Positions 60,802-62,084 of a DNA stretch of 62,084 nt are shown one piece after another; positions within the stretch are counted from its first letter, which is position 1; the number at the start of each line of letters is the position of its first letter. Where the stretch lies: NCBI GenBank assembly GCA_045656445.1, contig JAZORD010000018.1, positions 1-62,084 on the forward strand. The letters are read 5' to 3'. A program made the translations under genes and the position numbers. The notes under the pieces are model-generated. The model searched no databases. It saw nothing but the letters and a program-made list of their open reading frames with translations, and was not told the origin of the DNA. The DNA comes from Eubacteriales bacterium (GTDB lineage Bacteria > Bacillota > Clostridia > Oscillospirales > CAG-272).

Positions 60802-61224
60802 TTACTTAAGATTTGCGAGGATATCCTCAACCCAAGCCTTAACCTTTGCCATTTCCTCTGCAGGCACATTCTTTAAGAACTTAAAGGGCAGACCTCCGTT
60901 AACAAAGAGAATCTTATCTTCCATAACGTTAGAATCGTTGGTTTTTGCCATTTCTACGATTTTTGCAGCGTTTTCCGGAGTTCCGTCGATAATAAACGCA
61001 ATATTCGCGCTGGTGCTCTTCTTTATAGATCTCATAAATCTTCCGAAATCATCGGGCATATCAGGCTTTGCAGTTGCAACTACAACAATGAGCCTTTCAC
61101 CGTCGCATGGGTAAGCCGGCATAATGGTATCCGTTGCTTTATCAGCGTTAATAAGCTTAGTAACCTCGTCTGCAATTGCAAGAAGCTTGCCTTTGTTAGT
61201 TCGTGTAAGAACGCGCATTCTCAT
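60802..61224 (-). CDS. Hypothetical protein, probable flavodoxin-like fold
   Basis: GGAGG RBS; beta/alpha alternation ending AKVKAWVEDIL; TTGCTT-N17-TAAAAT promoter at 61285-61257. Confidence 0.6.
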   Translation of the reverse strand: MRMRVLTRTNKGKLLAIADEVTKLINADKATDTIMPAYPCDGERLIVVVATAKPDMPDDFGRFMRSIKKSTSANIAFIIDGTPENAAKIVEMAKTNDSNVMEDKILFVNGGLPFKFLKNVPAEEMAKVKAWVEDILANLK

Positions 61225-61414
61225 AATTAGTTTCCTCCAAAATGTTATATATGGATATTTTAACATATATTATCATTAAAAGCAAGAATATTTTGTAAAC
61301 ATCACTATGGCGGCAAAATATTTATTTAATCGGCAGAGAAGAGCAGTGTATAGGAGACGCGAAAAGCCTCCGAAATATTCAGATATTCGTAATTTTCATA
61401 GTATTGAATATTAA

Positions 61415-61443
61415 TTGACGACTTACCTACATCGTGATATAAT
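61415..61443 (+). promoter_or_regulatory. sigma-A promoter facing a non-coding structured region
   Basis: TTGACG-N17-TATAAT with TG extension. Confidence 0.7.
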
Positions 61444-61449
61444 GGTGTA

Positions 61450-61840
61450 AAATCTTATGAAAGGTAAGTAATAGTTATAGTTCTTCACGGCTAAAAGGGA
61501 AACACTCAGCCGTATATTTTTACACACCTACAATTATACAAAATGGATTGCCGTTTTTGTGTAAAGAAGGATGGGAAGAAAGTGAAAATCTGCTTCCAAG
61601 TTGAGTGCAATGAAACTTGGCAGCAGATTAAACTTTCAACACAAAATATTTGCTTCTTTGCACAAAATAAACATTTTGTAGTCGCCCCGAGGACACGACG
61701 GATCGTAGCGACCCGCAAGGGAATTCGCGACCGCACTTGTGCGTAATTGTAGACAAAGGGGAATATAAAGCCTAAAACAAAAGAGACATAATATATACGT
61801 AGTGTTTGCGCTATGTATAGTTATGGCTCTTTTTCTTATT
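61450..61840 (+). ncRNA. Candidate large structured RNA, family not recognised
   Basis: Four-way junction at 61528-61752 with flanking hairpins, plus-strand G-U wobbles, GCAA and CUUG tetraloops, and a terminal hairpin with U-rich tail. Confidence 0.6.
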
Positions 61841-62084
61841 CTATCGACAAAATCAAGCTAAAAGGAAAACTACGGCTCAATGAGCACTTTCCATTCCCTC
61901 ATAAAAGTAAAATAAGCATTTGGTGTAATTATCAGTTGCCTAAATGGTGCGAGCTTATAAAAGAAAGCGAAAGTATGGTTGCTTTTCGTTATCGTTTCTG
62001 TTTCTCTTTGCGTGTCAAAGACGAAAAAGAGGGTACTTTCACAATCTTTGAAAGCTACAACGGAGATTTTAAAGAGCAAAGACA

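Noticed and set aside
61480..61515. Cobalamin riboswitch (TAAAAGGGAA)
   Set aside because: The downstream CGGTG..CCG and GCCACTG B12-box elements are absent
61543..61746. 67-aa plus-strand ORF (and the 76-aa antisense ORF) across the structured element
   Set aside because: No RBS, no recognisable motif and not hydrophobic like a type I toxin; the sequence is better explained by base-pairing
61528..61752. Firm call as retron msr-msd, group II intron or SRP RNA
   Set aside because: No RT gene in the window; no branching G directly after the inverted repeat; wobble polarity favours the strand opposite to msr-then-msd order; GTGCG at 61739 has no recognisable intron domains; the SRP CAGG..GNRA..AGCAG motif is absent
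62042..62084. rRNA operon leader (ATCTTTGAAAG, boxA/stalk-like)
   Set aside because: Only a partial match about 600 nt from the promoter, with no 16S sequence in the window; cannot be fully excluded
1..62084. CRISPR array, IS or transposase, prophage, rRNA
   Set aside because: No regularly spaced repeats and no transposase, phage or rRNA signatures were seen

Overview
A 62-kb core-chromosome segment from a spore-forming Clostridia-class bacterium (spoVD/spoVE-type dcw genes, cwlD, S6:S18 leader, SAM-I riboswitch, sigma-A promoters). It is mostly housekeeping: the 5' end of rpsF, ispE/D/F/H, hslO, PPi-type pfk, SAM-I-metK, recD2, a reduced dcw cluster (mraZ to ftsZ), rpe, ruvABC, ecfAA'T-truA, a class A PBP, a MarR/heterodimeric ABC exporter, ispH-rpsA and cmk-plsC fusions, gltX, an orphan histidine kinase with dinB, a XerC-like recombinase, cwlD, radA, a second EF-G, tRNA-Ser(GGA) and aspartate kinase. 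I found no CRISPR array, IS, phage or rRNA. The best unexplained signals are: (1) a promoter-preceded, ~390-nt, apparently non-coding region at the right end that folds by eye into a four-way junction with zero-length linkers and a 144-nt arm; (2) an unannotated minus-strand structured sRNA between ispF and rpe; (3) an A10 slippery tract exactly at the Cmk/PlsC fusion joint; (4) a DnaA-box and direct-repeat cluster downstream of ftsZ; (5) several catalytically degenerate paralogues (MreB-like, EF-G-like, E2-like). All calls come from reading motifs by eye; no database searches or folding programs were run.
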